From: Bacteroidota bacterium
Lineage (GTDB): Bacteria; Bacteroidota; Bacteroidia; Bacteroidales; UBA7960
Length of the DNA stretch: 64,000 nt
Direction: 5' to 3'
NCBI GenBank assembly: GCA_007694165.1
Contig: RECE01000212.1
Location: 102,538 to 166,537 of the forward strand
Shown here: positions 50,562 to 59,542 of the stretch, piece by piece
How the letters are laid out: the number at the start of each line of letters is the position of its first letter
Position numbering within the stretch: position 1 is the first letter of the stretch
Notes under the pieces: model-generated
What the model saw: the letters and a program-made list of their open reading frames with translations, nothing else
The model's database searches: none
Told to the model about the DNA's origin: nothing
Translations under genes and position numbers: made by a program

Positions 50562-50784
50562 GGTGTTTTTGTTTCTATCGTATATAATATTTGGGTTCAA
50601 TTTTATCCCTTTCTGGTGGATCTAAATCGACTTCTGCAGGAAATGGCTTTTGACTATCTTTCTACTGCAATATAATAAAAACAGCGGAAATATCTTCAGA
50701 TATTTTATTCTATCAAACAAGGTCAGCACCCCTGCATACTTTATTATGCAAAAAAACAAACTTTTTGTAATGTTTCGGTTCAAC

Positions 50785-50962
50785 TGTATAGTCCGGTGGC
50801 GACTTTTTTGTTCGCCTCCGGACTAAAAAGCGCAGCAATGCCTTAGCCCGGAAGGGAGCTTAGAGTCCCGACCGGGCAGAAACACTGATCATCCGGTAAC
50901 AAATCTAAGCTCGCCCCGATGGTTTTAAAGTCGTCCGGCGACTCCAGGTTCGCCTGACGATT
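50785..50962. other. GC-rich structured island with two homologous hairpins flanking a central stem. Unassigned ncRNA or MITE/REP-like element
   Basis: Hairpin A is AGTCCGGTGGCGAC-TTTTTT-GTTCGCCTCCGGACT (50790-50824). Hairpin B is TCGTCCGGCGAC-TCCAG-GTTCGCCTGACGA (50931-50960). The central 9-bp stem is GAGCTTAGA (50856-50864) / TCTAAGCTC (50904-50912). There is no ORF of 60 aa or more. Strand undetermined. Confidence 0.35.
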
Positions 50963-51080
50963 AATGACCATATACAAACAGCAATAAATCAAATTGCGAA
51001 CAAAATATTAACAATATTTTCCTTATATTCGTCAAAGTATAATACAATAAGTTCAAATTATAACACAATAAATATCTATT

Positions 51081-52862
51081 ATGAAACGTCATAATCCACT
51101 TTTTGTACAATTAATATCGGCTATACTGTTAACTGGCTTTTTTTCATTTCAATCTCATGCAAGGAGTTTTACCATGAGTGCACTGGATGTAAACATTCAG
51201 CTGCAGGAGGATGGAACCATGCTGGTGGAAGAACACCGGGAGTTTACTTTCCAGGGAAGGTTCTCTGAAGTTTTCCGCACTTTCCCCCTCCACGGGCAGG
51301 CAACCTTCAGCAACTTCAGAGTGCTGGAAAACGGGCAACCATACCCCTTGTCTGACAGCAAATCGCCGGGAACCTTCATGATTGACGAGAAAACCAACGA
51401 TATTGAAGTGCGTATTTTCATGAATTCTGTTGATACTATCCGGACCTTTACTGTGCAGTTTGAAGCAAGAGGTGCGGTTCAACGATATGAAGATGCCGTT
51501 TTGCTTTACTATCAGATTATTTCTGATGAATGGACCCAGGCCATCTTCGATATAGATGTGCGTATTGTTCCACCGGGAAATCTGTCCGCTGGGGAGCCGG
51601 CCCATTGGGTGCATGGTTCACTGGAGGCTGTTTCTGCCATCAGGGAAAATGGTGTAGTAGAGATTGAGCTGGAACATTTACCCCGTCACCGGTTTCTGGA
51701 AATCAGAGCCCTTTACCCCCCTGAAGCCTTTGCGCTTATGCCTGTACTGCCTGGAAATATAAGAGAAGAAGTTATGCTGGAAGCTTCACAACTGGCAGAG
51801 GAAGCCAATCAAAGGCGCCTGGAGGCCATCGAAAAAGAGAAACGAAGGGTAGAACGTTTTAAGCTGGGACGCCAAATAGCATTGCCATTGGCCCTGCTGG
51901 TTTTGTTTTTCTGGGTATGGCTGTTTAGGAAATACCACACAAAACCTGTTATCAGCAACAAGGAAGAAGTATTTTCAAAGTTGCCGGAAAAAGATTTGCC
52001 GGCCCTTGTATCTTATCTCTTCTTTCAAACATCAGTTGTTTCAAATGCACTGGTGTCTACCCTGTTTCATCTTGCCTACAGAGGGTTTGTAACCATAAAG
52101 GAAGAAGAAAAATCCGATATCACTTTTTATTTGAACAGGAAGGAATTTGAAACCCGGAAGGATGAGCTGAAAGAGTATGAGCAAAAACTCCTGACCTATT
52201 TGTTTGAAGATCTTACCCCGGTGCAGGATAAAATCAGTTTGAAATATATCAAAAGCAAAAGCACCCGGATGCAAACATTCTTTCCCAAATGGAAAAAACT
52301 TGTGGTTGAAGAAGCGAAAAAGAAAGAATGGTACAATGAAGAAAGCAAAAAGGGAAGAAATACGGGCCTGATAGTAAGCTTTATCCTGTTCTTTATATTT
52401 TTTGCTTCGGTGATTTTATTTGGCCCATGGATGCTGATTCCTATGGCGATGACATTTGCTTTTCTGATAGGATCATTTTTCATCTATCATCGCACAGAAA
52501 AAGGCGAAATAGCCTACCGGCAATGGAAAAACCTCCGGAAGCAACTTAAAAAGAAAAAGTTCTCTCCAACCACAGAGAAACTTGATCAGGCAAGTATCAA
52601 TGAGTATTTAATTTACGGAACTGCATTGGCCCTGGGTACCGGATTCAATAAAAGATTGTTTAATCATGTGGAGCAAACAGGAAACCAATCCTATATCTAC
52701 TGGATACTTCTGCACCAGGCAAACATGAATTCCTTTGGCAAAACAATCAACAAAATCATCACCACTACCGGAACAACCATGAGCAGTTCGACCGGCGCAG
52801 GGGGTGGAGGAACTATGGGTGGCGGCGGAGGTGCCGCTTCGGGGGGTGGTGGTGCCAGGTAA
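51081..52862 (+). CDS. DUF2207-family membrane protein
   Basis: 593 aa. Signal peptide, an extracytoplasmic N-domain, TM segments and a Gly-rich C-terminus STGAGGGGTMGGGGGAASGGGGAR typical of DUF2207. Confidence 0.75.
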   Translation: MKRHNPLFVQLISAILLTGFFSFQSHARSFTMSALDVNIQLQEDGTMLVEEHREFTFQGRFSEVFRTFPLHGQATFSNFRVLENGQPYPLSDSKSPGTFMIDEKTNDIEVRIFMNSVDTIRTFTVQFEARGAVQRYEDAVLLYYQIISDEWTQAIFDIDVRIVPPGNLSAGEPAHWVHGSLEAVSAIRENGVVEIELEHLPRHRFLEIRALYPPEAFALMPVLPGNIREEVMLEASQLAEEANQRRLEAIEKEKRRVERFKLGRQIALPLALLVLFFWVWLFRKYHTKPVISNKEEVFSKLPEKDLPALVSYLFFQTSVVSNALVSTLFHLAYRGFVTIKEEEKSDITFYLNRKEFETRKDELKEYEQKLLTYLFEDLTPVQDKISLKYIKSKSTRMQTFFPKWKKLVVEEAKKKEWYNEESKKGRNTGLIVSFILFFIFFASVILFGPWMLIPMAMTFAFLIGSFFIYHRTEKGEIAYRQWKNLRKQLKKKKFSPTTEKLDQASINEYLIYGTALALGTGFNKRLFNHVEQTGNQSYIYWILLHQANMNSFGKTINKIITTTGTTMSSSTGAGGGGTMGGGGGAASGGGGAR

Positions 52863-53035
52863 GGATATAGCAATCCTCATTGTGGAATTTCAAATTCCAC
52901 TCAGCCATGGCTCAACAGCAGGCTATTTGATAAATTCCGCCAGTTATCATCCTTCAAATGTTGGGGTCATGCACTCCCTCCCTGCTCGCAGCGAGGGATG
53001 CCGAAAGGCAGGGTGGACCCAATACTTTTACACAC

Positions 53036-53076
53036 AAAAAAAACCGCCTCAAAATTTCTTTTGAGACGGTTTTTTT
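53036..53076. terminator. Bidirectional terminator (tRNA-Leu operon on minus, DUF2207 on plus)
   Basis: Stem CCGCCTCAAAA / TTTTGAGACGG with loop TTTC. An A-run lies upstream and a T-run downstream. The C/A mismatch on plus becomes G-U on minus. Confidence 0.75.
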
Positions 53077-53079
53077 ATG

Positions 53080-53163
53080 TGCCCAGAACAGGACTCGAAC
53101 CTGCACGTACTTGCATACACTAGTCCCTGAAACTAGCGCGTCTACCAATTTCGCCATCTGGGC
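53080..53163 (-). tRNA. tRNA-Leu (anticodon CAG)
   Basis: Hand-folded cloverleaf. Acceptor stem GCCCAGA/TCTGGGC, anticodon arm CTAGT-TTCAGGG-ACTAG, a long variable arm, and T-arm GCAGG-TTCGAGT-CCTGT. No encoded CCA. Confidence 0.92.
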
Positions 53164-53186
53164 TGATGTTGGTATAGTTAAAAAAA

Positions 53187-53273
53187 TGGTGCCCAGGACA
53201 AGAGTCGAACTTGCACAAGCTTGCGCTCACTACCCCCTCAAAGTAGCGTGTCTACCAATTTCACCACCTGGGC
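53187..53273 (-). tRNA. tRNA-Leu (anticodon GAG), CCA encoded
   Basis: Acceptor stem GCCCAGG/CCTGGGC, anticodon arm CTACT-TTGAGGG-GGTAG, a long variable arm, T-arm GCAAG-TTCGACT-CTTGT, and a 3' ACCA. Confidence 0.92.
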
Positions 53274-53592
53274 ATTTTTTTATTAAAACCTTTTGAAAAG
53301 TGCCAAAGAACGCTGTTATTCTTTTTTCAAAATGTTTGGCAAAGGTAAAAAATCTTTCTTTACATGCAAGACAAATATTTCATTTTTTTCATCCGACCTG
53401 TATATGTTGCTGATATTGCGGTTTTAGAGGTTTTGCGGCGTGTTATCTTTTCTTTGTTTGGCTGCTTTTGCTGTCTGTTTTCTGGTAATTTCGGAGCGTT
53501 TTTTGCTGAAATTTCCCGGAATATTCGTATCTGAAATCCAGAATTCAGGCTTTGATTTCAGGAAGATCTGCAGGGAAAACAAATATTTTCGA

Positions 53593-53600
53593 TAGATTTG
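53593..53600 (+). promoter_or_regulatory. -7 promoter box (TAGATTTG)
   Basis: Exact TAnnTTTG match 13 nt upstream of ATG 53613, implying a short leader. Confidence 0.4.
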
Positions 53601-53612
53601 CAAAAAAAATGT

Positions 53613-54149
53613 ATGACTACAGATAACCCCATACTATCGCGACAGGTAATAGAAATGATTACCGTGGCCCACGAATATTGCCTCTTTTTTGAAGAAGCGG
53701 AAAAACATTCAAGGGAAGATATATTCTCTTATTTTCAGAAAATTGCCCCCCTGCTCTATCTCAAAGGGGCGGTATTGCCTGATGATGTGGAGGCAGATCC
53801 TGAATATGCCGAAAGATTTGTGAATGAAGAACAATGGGAAGCCATTTTTAAAGTGCTGCGTGAAAAATTTGGTGACCAGGATGTGTACTATGTGCACGAT
53901 CACAATTTTGACAGCCAGCCCACCAGCCTGTCTGAAAATATAACTGATGTATACCAGGACATGAAAGATTTCGTGATGTTATACCAGAAAGCCCCCATCC
54001 AGAGCAAGGCATGTGCTGTGGCAGAGTTGCAAAAGCTTTTCGAAAACCACTGGGGAAACCGGTTGCTCAGCGCCCTGAATGCAGTCCACAGCTTGCTGTA
54101 CAGAGATTCTATTGACCCTGAATTGCTGGGCGATTGGGAACTGGAATAG
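53613..54149 (+). CDS. Hypothetical cytoplasmic protein (possibly DUF5063)
   Basis: The start was moved from TTG 53598 to ATG 53613 (MTTDNPILSRQ). Acidic and helical, with no signal peptide. The family name is recalled only. Confidence 0.5.
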   Translation: MTTDNPILSRQVIEMITVAHEYCLFFEEAEKHSREDIFSYFQKIAPLLYLKGAVLPDDVEADPEYAERFVNEEQWEAIFKVLREKFGDQDVYYVHDHNFDSQPTSLSENITDVYQDMKDFVMLYQKAPIQSKACAVAELQKLFENHWGNRLLSALNAVHSLLYRDSIDPELLGDWELE

Positions 54150-54160
54150 GACATTGCAAA

Positions 54161-54199
54161 ATACAAAAACCCTGCAGATGCTTCGCAGCAGCTGCAGGG
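54161..54199 (-). terminator. Rho-independent terminator of GLUG paralog 1
   Basis: On the minus strand: CCCTGCAG-CTGCTGCGAAGCAT-CTGCAGGG followed by TTTTTGTATTTT. Confidence 0.8.
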
Positions 54200-54202
54200 C
54201 AA

Positions 54203-54224
54203 GGTTCACCAAAACCAAAATCAA
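54203..54224 (-). repeat. Conserved 22-nt 3'-flank motif, copy 1 (mRNA sense TTGATTTTGGTTTTGGTGAACC)
   Basis: 22/22 identical to 56975-56996. It lies between the stop codon and the terminator hairpin. Confidence 0.9.
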
Positions 54225-54227
54225 TCA

Positions 54228-56720
54228 TTAATATACCTGAATCTTTCGGGCGATGACTTCATCGCCGTAAAAGACCACGGTATAGATTCCCTTTTGCAGG
54301 CCGGAAAGGTCAACAAAGGTAACCTGTCCCGGCTCTGCACTCTTGCTGTATACCATTTTCCCCAGCATATCGTAAATTTGAAAATTTATGTTTTTATGGC
54401 CACCTGTAAGTATGCGGAAATGCCCATTGTTTGGGTTGGGAAACAACCTTATGTCTTCTGTTATATCGGTTCGGGTATAAACGCTGATGGTTTTTGAATA
54501 TTCGAAATCACCATTGAAATCGGTTTGTTTAAGCCGATAGTAAGCTAGCCCGTCAAGAGGCTCATGGTCCATGTACTTGTAATGATTAATCTGGCTGGTA
54601 GTCCCCGCCCCGGTTTTTGTGCCAATGGAGTTAAATTGAACCCCATCGCGGCTTCTTTCAATGGTGAAGAAATCGTTGTTGAGCTCGGCAGCTGTGACCC
54701 AACTTAGAGCTACTGCATCTTCCACGGCTTTGCCATCAAAGGAAAGCAGGACTATGGGCATGGGTGTGGAAGCATCGGAAGCTGTCCACTGGCTGAAGGA
54801 TGTGACATTCTTTGCTACCAGTTTTTTTTCACCAATATTCTCGGAATATACAATTTCCCAGGGCAGCCAACCATCTCCATCTTTTACCCTTTTGAAGAGC
54901 GACAAGGCTGGGTTGACATCGGCTTCCTGCAATTCTCCCAGAAAATAATGGAAGGTAACGGTCGCATTCAGTTCTGAAGGGAGTTCTGTAGGCGTAATCG
55001 TAAACCATCGCATGATGCTTTTTGCCTCATCGCTTCCGGCAAGCTCGCTGTGGCCGCGTTCGATGGTAACTTCCATATCCTTGTTGGTATTGATTCCGAG
55101 CCCAATACCTGCGATATTGAGATGCTCCCCGCTGATGTTTTGCACCCTGATAATTTTTCCACTGGCGCCAAACACCCGTGAAGACGAATTATATTCTTCC
55201 TTTTCAATCAGCATAGCATCTGCTCCCAACAGGGTGATAGTAAATCCATTCAAATCAAGAAAGCCCAATTCCAATGTCAGATTTCCCTTTACAGTAATAT
55301 CGCCTGCCAGGTTTACATTATTGGGATTTTCAATGGTGAGATTTTCGAAAATCAGCGAGGGGATTTGTTGTGTCTTTTGGCCTGCAAGGATCAGCCGGCC
55401 ATTATCTGGTGTCAGTATTTCAGATGGTTGCTGAGTGTCACCATCAAACTCCAACTTACCGGAAATAGATAATGAACCGACAAGAGTAATTTTTGCACCA
55501 GAACCCAGAGTTAAATCCTGAATAGAAAAATCAGCACCTAACGTTGGCCAGGCATTGGCTCCGATCAAGTTCTCTGGTTTTATAACAATAACTGCATTGC
55601 CATCAGTTGAAGGAATAGTACTTTCATGCCAGTTAGCAGCTTCATTCCAATCATTATCGGTGTGCCCGGTCCATGTCCAGATATTGGTTGAAACGGGTGG
55701 ATTTTCCCGTAAGGTGGGGTTGTCGGTCCCCATAATCCAGATATTTGCAAAATCCCAATCTTCAAAACTGCTTTGTATTTTCATGTGAACTTCAGAAAGA
55801 GCAACTCCTTCGCCATTGTTGGGCTGGACTGACAAAAAGTAGCTGGAAATAACTGTTCCACTGTGTTGATTCTGTCCTCCAAAGCCCAGTAATCCCCCTA
55901 TTCTTGTGTCAGTGCCACTAACCGTTCCCATAGCGAAACTATTGATAATAATCCCCCGGAATTCTACACAACCTGCAAGACCTCCTATGCGTTCTGCACC
56001 TTCACCAGCGGTTACACTGCCCAGGGCATAAGAGTTGCTGATGAGTCCTTTCTGATTGCATCCCGTCAAACCTCCATATTTAATTTTATTGGGGTCAGAA
56101 TTTGGTGCCATAGAAACATCCACATTCGTCCAGCAAGCGAATATAACCGGGCGAAAACTCTCTGCATTGGCATTGTTGAGTCGATAACTGTTGTTGGAAC
56201 CTACCAGGCCTCCTACGGCAGCATTGCCCTTCACAAAGCCTTCTGCTCCTCCATCTACCGAGCAATACTCTATGCGTGTATTCTGGTTGCCTGTTACACG
56301 TCCTGCGAGCGCACCCGTTCCCCTGCCTCCGGTCACTTTTACATTTACAAGTTTGATGTTTCGGAGCGTAGTATGCCCGTTATCATCCATCCCTACATGA
56401 CCAAATAAGCCAACATTGGCTACATCAGGCCTATAGATGGTCAGATTGCTGATGGTAAAACCTTGACCGTCATAATGGCCGGTAAAACGTTTATCGGTTC
56501 CATTTGCGGCAATAGGCACCCAATTTCCGTAGCCTGACAGATCAATATTTTGAGTTTGGAGAAACCATGCATCAGTGTAGTTTCTTACGTTATTGAGATG
56601 CGCTGGTAATGCCACCTGAAAAGGATTTAATTTAGTTCCAGTGCCTCCTGCAAATTCTGTTGCCATAAGTGAAATTGTGCAACTAAGCAGAATCAACAGT
56701 GTAAAGTATATTTTTTTCAT
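54228..56720 (-). CDS. GLUG-motif, T9SS-secreted surface protein, paralog 1
   Basis: The start was moved to ATG 56720 (MKKIYFTLLILLSCTISLMA). GLUG-type repeats VGGLVGSNNS, YGGLTGCNQKG, IGGLAGCVEF and IGGLLGFGG. C-terminal sorting domain LFPNPNNGHFRI...GIYTVVFYG. Confidence 0.8.
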   Translation of the reverse strand: MKKIYFTLLILLSCTISLMATEFAGGTGTKLNPFQVALPAHLNNVRNYTDAWFLQTQNIDLSGYGNWVPIAANGTDKRFTGHYDGQGFTISNLTIYRPDVANVGLFGHVGMDDNGHTTLRNIKLVNVKVTGGRGTGALAGRVTGNQNTRIEYCSVDGGAEGFVKGNAAVGGLVGSNNSYRLNNANAESFRPVIFACWTNVDVSMAPNSDPNKIKYGGLTGCNQKGLISNSYALGSVTAGEGAERIGGLAGCVEFRGIIINSFAMGTVSGTDTRIGGLLGFGGQNQHSGTVISSYFLSVQPNNGEGVALSEVHMKIQSSFEDWDFANIWIMGTDNPTLRENPPVSTNIWTWTGHTDNDWNEAANWHESTIPSTDGNAVIVIKPENLIGANAWPTLGADFSIQDLTLGSGAKITLVGSLSISGKLEFDGDTQQPSEILTPDNGRLILAGQKTQQIPSLIFENLTIENPNNVNLAGDITVKGNLTLELGFLDLNGFTITLLGADAMLIEKEEYNSSSRVFGASGKIIRVQNISGEHLNIAGIGLGINTNKDMEVTIERGHSELAGSDEAKSIMRWFTITPTELPSELNATVTFHYFLGELQEADVNPALSLFKRVKDGDGWLPWEIVYSENIGEKKLVAKNVTSFSQWTASDASTPMPIVLLSFDGKAVEDAVALSWVTAAELNNDFFTIERSRDGVQFNSIGTKTGAGTTSQINHYKYMDHEPLDGLAYYRLKQTDFNGDFEYSKTISVYTRTDITEDIRLFPNPNNGHFRILTGGHKNINFQIYDMLGKMVYSKSAEPGQVTFVDLSGLQKGIYTVVFYGDEVIARKIQVY

Positions 56721-56722
56721 AT

Positions 56723-56742
56723 CCTTTGGATTTTGGTGAAAC
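56723..56742 (-). repeat. 5'-leader motif of paralog 1 (mRNA sense GTTTCACCAAAATCCAAAGG), complementary to the 3'-flank motif
   Basis: It ends 3 nt before the ATG. It forms 12 contiguous pairs (one G-U) plus 3 more with TTGATTTTGGTTTTGGTGAACC. Confidence 0.7.
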
Positions 56743-56926
56743 ATGATGATAAATCATCGTTGAGTTATACAAAAATGGCCATATAACTTATTGTAAACAA
56801 CAGTGGTACCCCTTGAATTTATGATATTTTTGCGGGTACTAATACCTGTTTAATTAGTGTAGGAAAGGCGTGCTGGAAATCAGGGGCCGTAACAGGTTGG
56901 GAGCTCAATGAAAGCTTATGGGGATA

Positions 56927-56969
56927 AGAAAATTAAGAAAACGCGCAGGTGCTTCTCAGCAGCTGCGCG
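56927..56969 (-). terminator. Rho-independent terminator of GLUG paralog 2
   Basis: On the minus strand: CGCGCAG-CTGCTGAGAAGCAC-CTGCGCG followed by TTTTCTTAATTTT. The stem covaries relative to copy 1. Confidence 0.8.
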
Positions 56970-56974
56970 CAAAT

Positions 56975-56996
56975 GGTTCACCAAAACCAAAATCAA
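56975..56996 (-). repeat. Conserved 22-nt 3'-flank motif, copy 2
   Basis: Identical to 54203-54224. Confidence 0.9.
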
Positions 56997-56999
56997 AAT

Positions 57000-59516
57000 T
57001 TAATAAACCTGTATCTTATGGGTAATTAACTCTGTATCAAAAAACACCAGGGTATAAATTCCCTGCTTGAGCTGGGGCAAAGAAACATGGTTAACCATGC
57101 CTGCCCGGGCTACCGAAGTGTAAACTGTTCGGCCCTGCATATCAAATATTTTATAATCTATCGCTTTCTCTCCTGCTGCAACAATGTTGAAATTGCCATT
57201 GCTGGGATTCGGGTATACCTTCATATCAGCAAGTGCTGCCTTTTGGGTATAGACAGATACAATATTGGAATATTCAAAATCACCGTTATAATCCGTTTGT
57301 TTCAGGCGGTAATAAGACAACCCGGTTAGCGGTTCATGGTCTATCACTGCATAATGGTTTGCATGGCTTGTGGTGCCTGCCCCCTGCACGAAATGAATGG
57401 CTTCAAAATCCACTCCGTTAACACTTCTCTCAACCGTAAAAAAATCATTGTTGATTTCTGCGGCAGTAACCCAGCTCACTTCAACCTCGTGGTTAAGGGG
57501 GGTAGCCTCAAAAGAGAGCAATACAATGGGCAGCGGAGAGTCGGAGCTTCCTGCGGTCCAGGTGCTGAATTCATTGACATTTTCCGCTGTGAGTTTCTGG
57601 TTGAGGGCGTCTAACTCAGAAGGTACCCAAACCCACTCTGTTTCATTGCTTTTTCTTTTAAAAAGAGAGAAGTTGTCATTCTCCCCATAGATATTCAGTT
57701 CGCTGGTAAAGTAATGGAATACCAGTGTAGCATTCAAATCTTCATTGGTGGCAGGTTCAATATTGAACCACCTTAATATACTTTTCGACTCGTCGGTGCC
57801 GTTGAGTTCACCATGGCCTCTTTCTATAAGGGTCAGCCCCATATCTTTGCTGCTGGTAATTTCCAGTCCTATTCCGGCTATTTGGCCTGAGGGATTGTTG
57901 AGGATACGCAGAGTGCGGATTACTCCACTGCTTCCGTATACCCTTGAAGAAATATTTTCACCTTCTTTTTCCTGCAATTCGGCATCTTCTCCCAGGGTAA
58001 TTTCATATCCGCTCAAATCCAGCTGGCCGCTGGTCATTTTAAGCAAGCCATTGACATAAATACTGCCTGAAAGCTGTACATTGCTGATATTGTTTATTAC
58101 CAGGTTTTCAAATGTCATGGCCGGAAGATATTGACGATCGCTTCCGGAGAGTTCTATGTATCCTTTGCCGGTGATACTGCCTGTTCCGGTCGATTCATTG
58201 CCACCAAGCAGTTTCCCTGTAATGACAATCGCTGCATCTTCATGCTCAAGGTTCAGACTGGCATTGTCTTCTATTGAAAGTTCATTGATGATAATTAGTT
58301 GAGAAATCACAGGCTGATTAGGTGTCCCTCCTGGTATTACTACCATATCCAGATTTGCAGGAACCCCTTCCGGTGTCCAGTTTTCAGGATTTGTCCATGC
58401 ATTATCTTTGCTGCCGTTCCAGGATTTTTCCGTTTTGGCAGAATTGGTTTCGTCTCTGAAGGCCGGAAATCCGTAATTTACGTTGGTCTCTGTTTTCCAG
58501 ATGGTGTAAAAGTCCCAGTTCTGATAACTTTGGGCATTCTGCATTTGTGCCGTAGTGAGGCCGATAGCACCCAGAGAGTTTAAGTCAGAAGGATTGTTAT
58601 CTGTATTCCAGTAAGAGTTGACAATAACTCCCATGTTTCTGCCCAACCCCAGACTGCCAATAAACCCGCCTGTATTCGATGAATTGTCGGCATAAACCCC
58701 GGAAGTGGAGTAAGAGTTGATAACAATACCACGCAAATCAACACAACCGACCAAACCGCCCACATATGAAACCTCTGCGTCATTGATGGTAACGTCGCCC
58801 ATGGCGTAGCTGTGCGAAATCATTCCTTTCTGGTTGCATCCTACCAGTCCGCCAAACTTAATTTTCCCGGCTGAGTATTCTGAACGGAGCAAAACACTTA
58901 CATCAGCACTGCATTGAAAAATCACTGGCCTGAAACCTTCTGCAGCAAGAGATGTTTCCATAAAACTGTTGTTGGAGCCTACAAGACCTCCGGTGGCAGC
59001 ATCACCCCTTACATACCCCATCGCCACAGAGCAGTTTTCAATGCGGGTATTCTGATTTCCTGTTACTCTTCCCACCAATGCACCTGTTCCACGTCCTCCT
59101 ATTACAATTACATTTTGCAGTACAATATTTTTCAAAGTTGTGGAACCATTCCCTTTTTCTCCAATATGACCAAAAAGACCAACATTATGATTACCCGGTT
59201 GTACAATGGTCAGGTTGCTAATGTTAAAACCATTGCCATCGTAATGCCCGGTAAAATTGTTTCCCATCTCATTGTTTTGTCGGTTTCCCCCAATGGGAAT
59301 CCAATAGTTTCCCATGTTGAAAGGCACCACATTGAGGTTGATATCTGCAATCTGAAGAAAATGTTTGTCAAGATGGTTTCTTGCTTCATTCAAATGTTGA
59401 GCAGTGGCTACCAGAAAGGGGTCTTCTGAAGTACCATTTCCTCCGGCAAAATCAACTGCCTGTAAACTAAAGATGCTTATCAGCATCAGGGCGAGAGTTA
59501 TGTATATCTTTTTCAT
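57000..59516 (-). CDS. GLUG-motif, T9SS-secreted surface protein, paralog 2
   Basis: 838 aa. Signal peptide MKKIYITLALMLISIFSLQA. GLUG-type repeats TGGLVGSNNS, FGGLVGCNQKG and VGGLVGCVDL. C-terminal sorting domain VYPNPSNGNFNI...GIYTLVFFD. Confidence 0.85.
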   Translation of the reverse strand: MKKIYITLALMLISIFSLQAVDFAGGNGTSEDPFLVATAQHLNEARNHLDKHFLQIADINLNVVPFNMGNYWIPIGGNRQNNEMGNNFTGHYDGNGFNISNLTIVQPGNHNVGLFGHIGEKGNGSTTLKNIVLQNVIVIGGRGTGALVGRVTGNQNTRIENCSVAMGYVRGDAATGGLVGSNNSFMETSLAAEGFRPVIFQCSADVSVLLRSEYSAGKIKFGGLVGCNQKGMISHSYAMGDVTINDAEVSYVGGLVGCVDLRGIVINSYSTSGVYADNSSNTGGFIGSLGLGRNMGVIVNSYWNTDNNPSDLNSLGAIGLTTAQMQNAQSYQNWDFYTIWKTETNVNYGFPAFRDETNSAKTEKSWNGSKDNAWTNPENWTPEGVPANLDMVVIPGGTPNQPVISQLIIINELSIEDNASLNLEHEDAAIVITGKLLGGNESTGTGSITGKGYIELSGSDRQYLPAMTFENLVINNISNVQLSGSIYVNGLLKMTSGQLDLSGYEITLGEDAELQEKEGENISSRVYGSSGVIRTLRILNNPSGQIAGIGLEITSSKDMGLTLIERGHGELNGTDESKSILRWFNIEPATNEDLNATLVFHYFTSELNIYGENDNFSLFKRKSNETEWVWVPSELDALNQKLTAENVNEFSTWTAGSSDSPLPIVLLSFEATPLNHEVEVSWVTAAEINNDFFTVERSVNGVDFEAIHFVQGAGTTSHANHYAVIDHEPLTGLSYYRLKQTDYNGDFEYSNIVSVYTQKAALADMKVYPNPSNGNFNIVAAGEKAIDYKIFDMQGRTVYTSVARAGMVNHVSLPQLKQGIYTLVFFDTELITHKIQVY

Positions 59517-59518
59517 GA

Positions 59519-59542
59519 CTTTGGCTTTTATCTGGTGAACGG
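59519..59542 (-). repeat. 5'-leader motif of paralog 2 (mRNA sense CCGTTCACCAGATAAAAGCCAAAG)
   Basis: It ends 2 nt before the ATG. GTTCACCAGA gives 10 contiguous pairs (one G-U) with the 3'-flank motif, and CCAAA can pair with a second UUUGG. Confidence 0.6.

Noticed and set aside
50785-50962. Possible identity of the GC-rich island as a ZTP, guanidine-I (ykkC), TPP or cobalamin riboswitch, 6S RNA, or group II intron domain V.
   Set aside because: Only short, scattered resemblances were seen, for example GCCCGGAAGGGAGC versus AAGCCCGGGAGA of ykkC, GTGGCGAC versus ACUGGCG of ZTP, and CTGATCATCCGG versus the TPP CUGAUCUGG. The order and spacing of conserved blocks do not fit any of these. The neighbouring genes are not the usual regulons. 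It is left unassigned rather than named.
53080-53273. The tRNA-Leu pair as a possible integration hotspot or genomic-island boundary.
   Set aside because: There is no integrase, no direct repeat of the tRNA 3' end and no compositional break nearby. The flanking genes look like ordinary Bacteroidota chromosome.
52954-53296. ORFs of 67 and 112 aa spanning 52954-53296.
   Set aside because: They are read through two tRNA-Leu genes and a terminator, so they are spurious.
56721-56744. An upstream in-frame ATG (56744) that would add MFHQNPKD to GLUG paralog 1.
   Set aside because: The signal peptide starts at MKKIYFTL (56720), exactly as in paralog 2. The extra 24 nt coincide with the conserved leader motif, so they are treated as 5' UTR.
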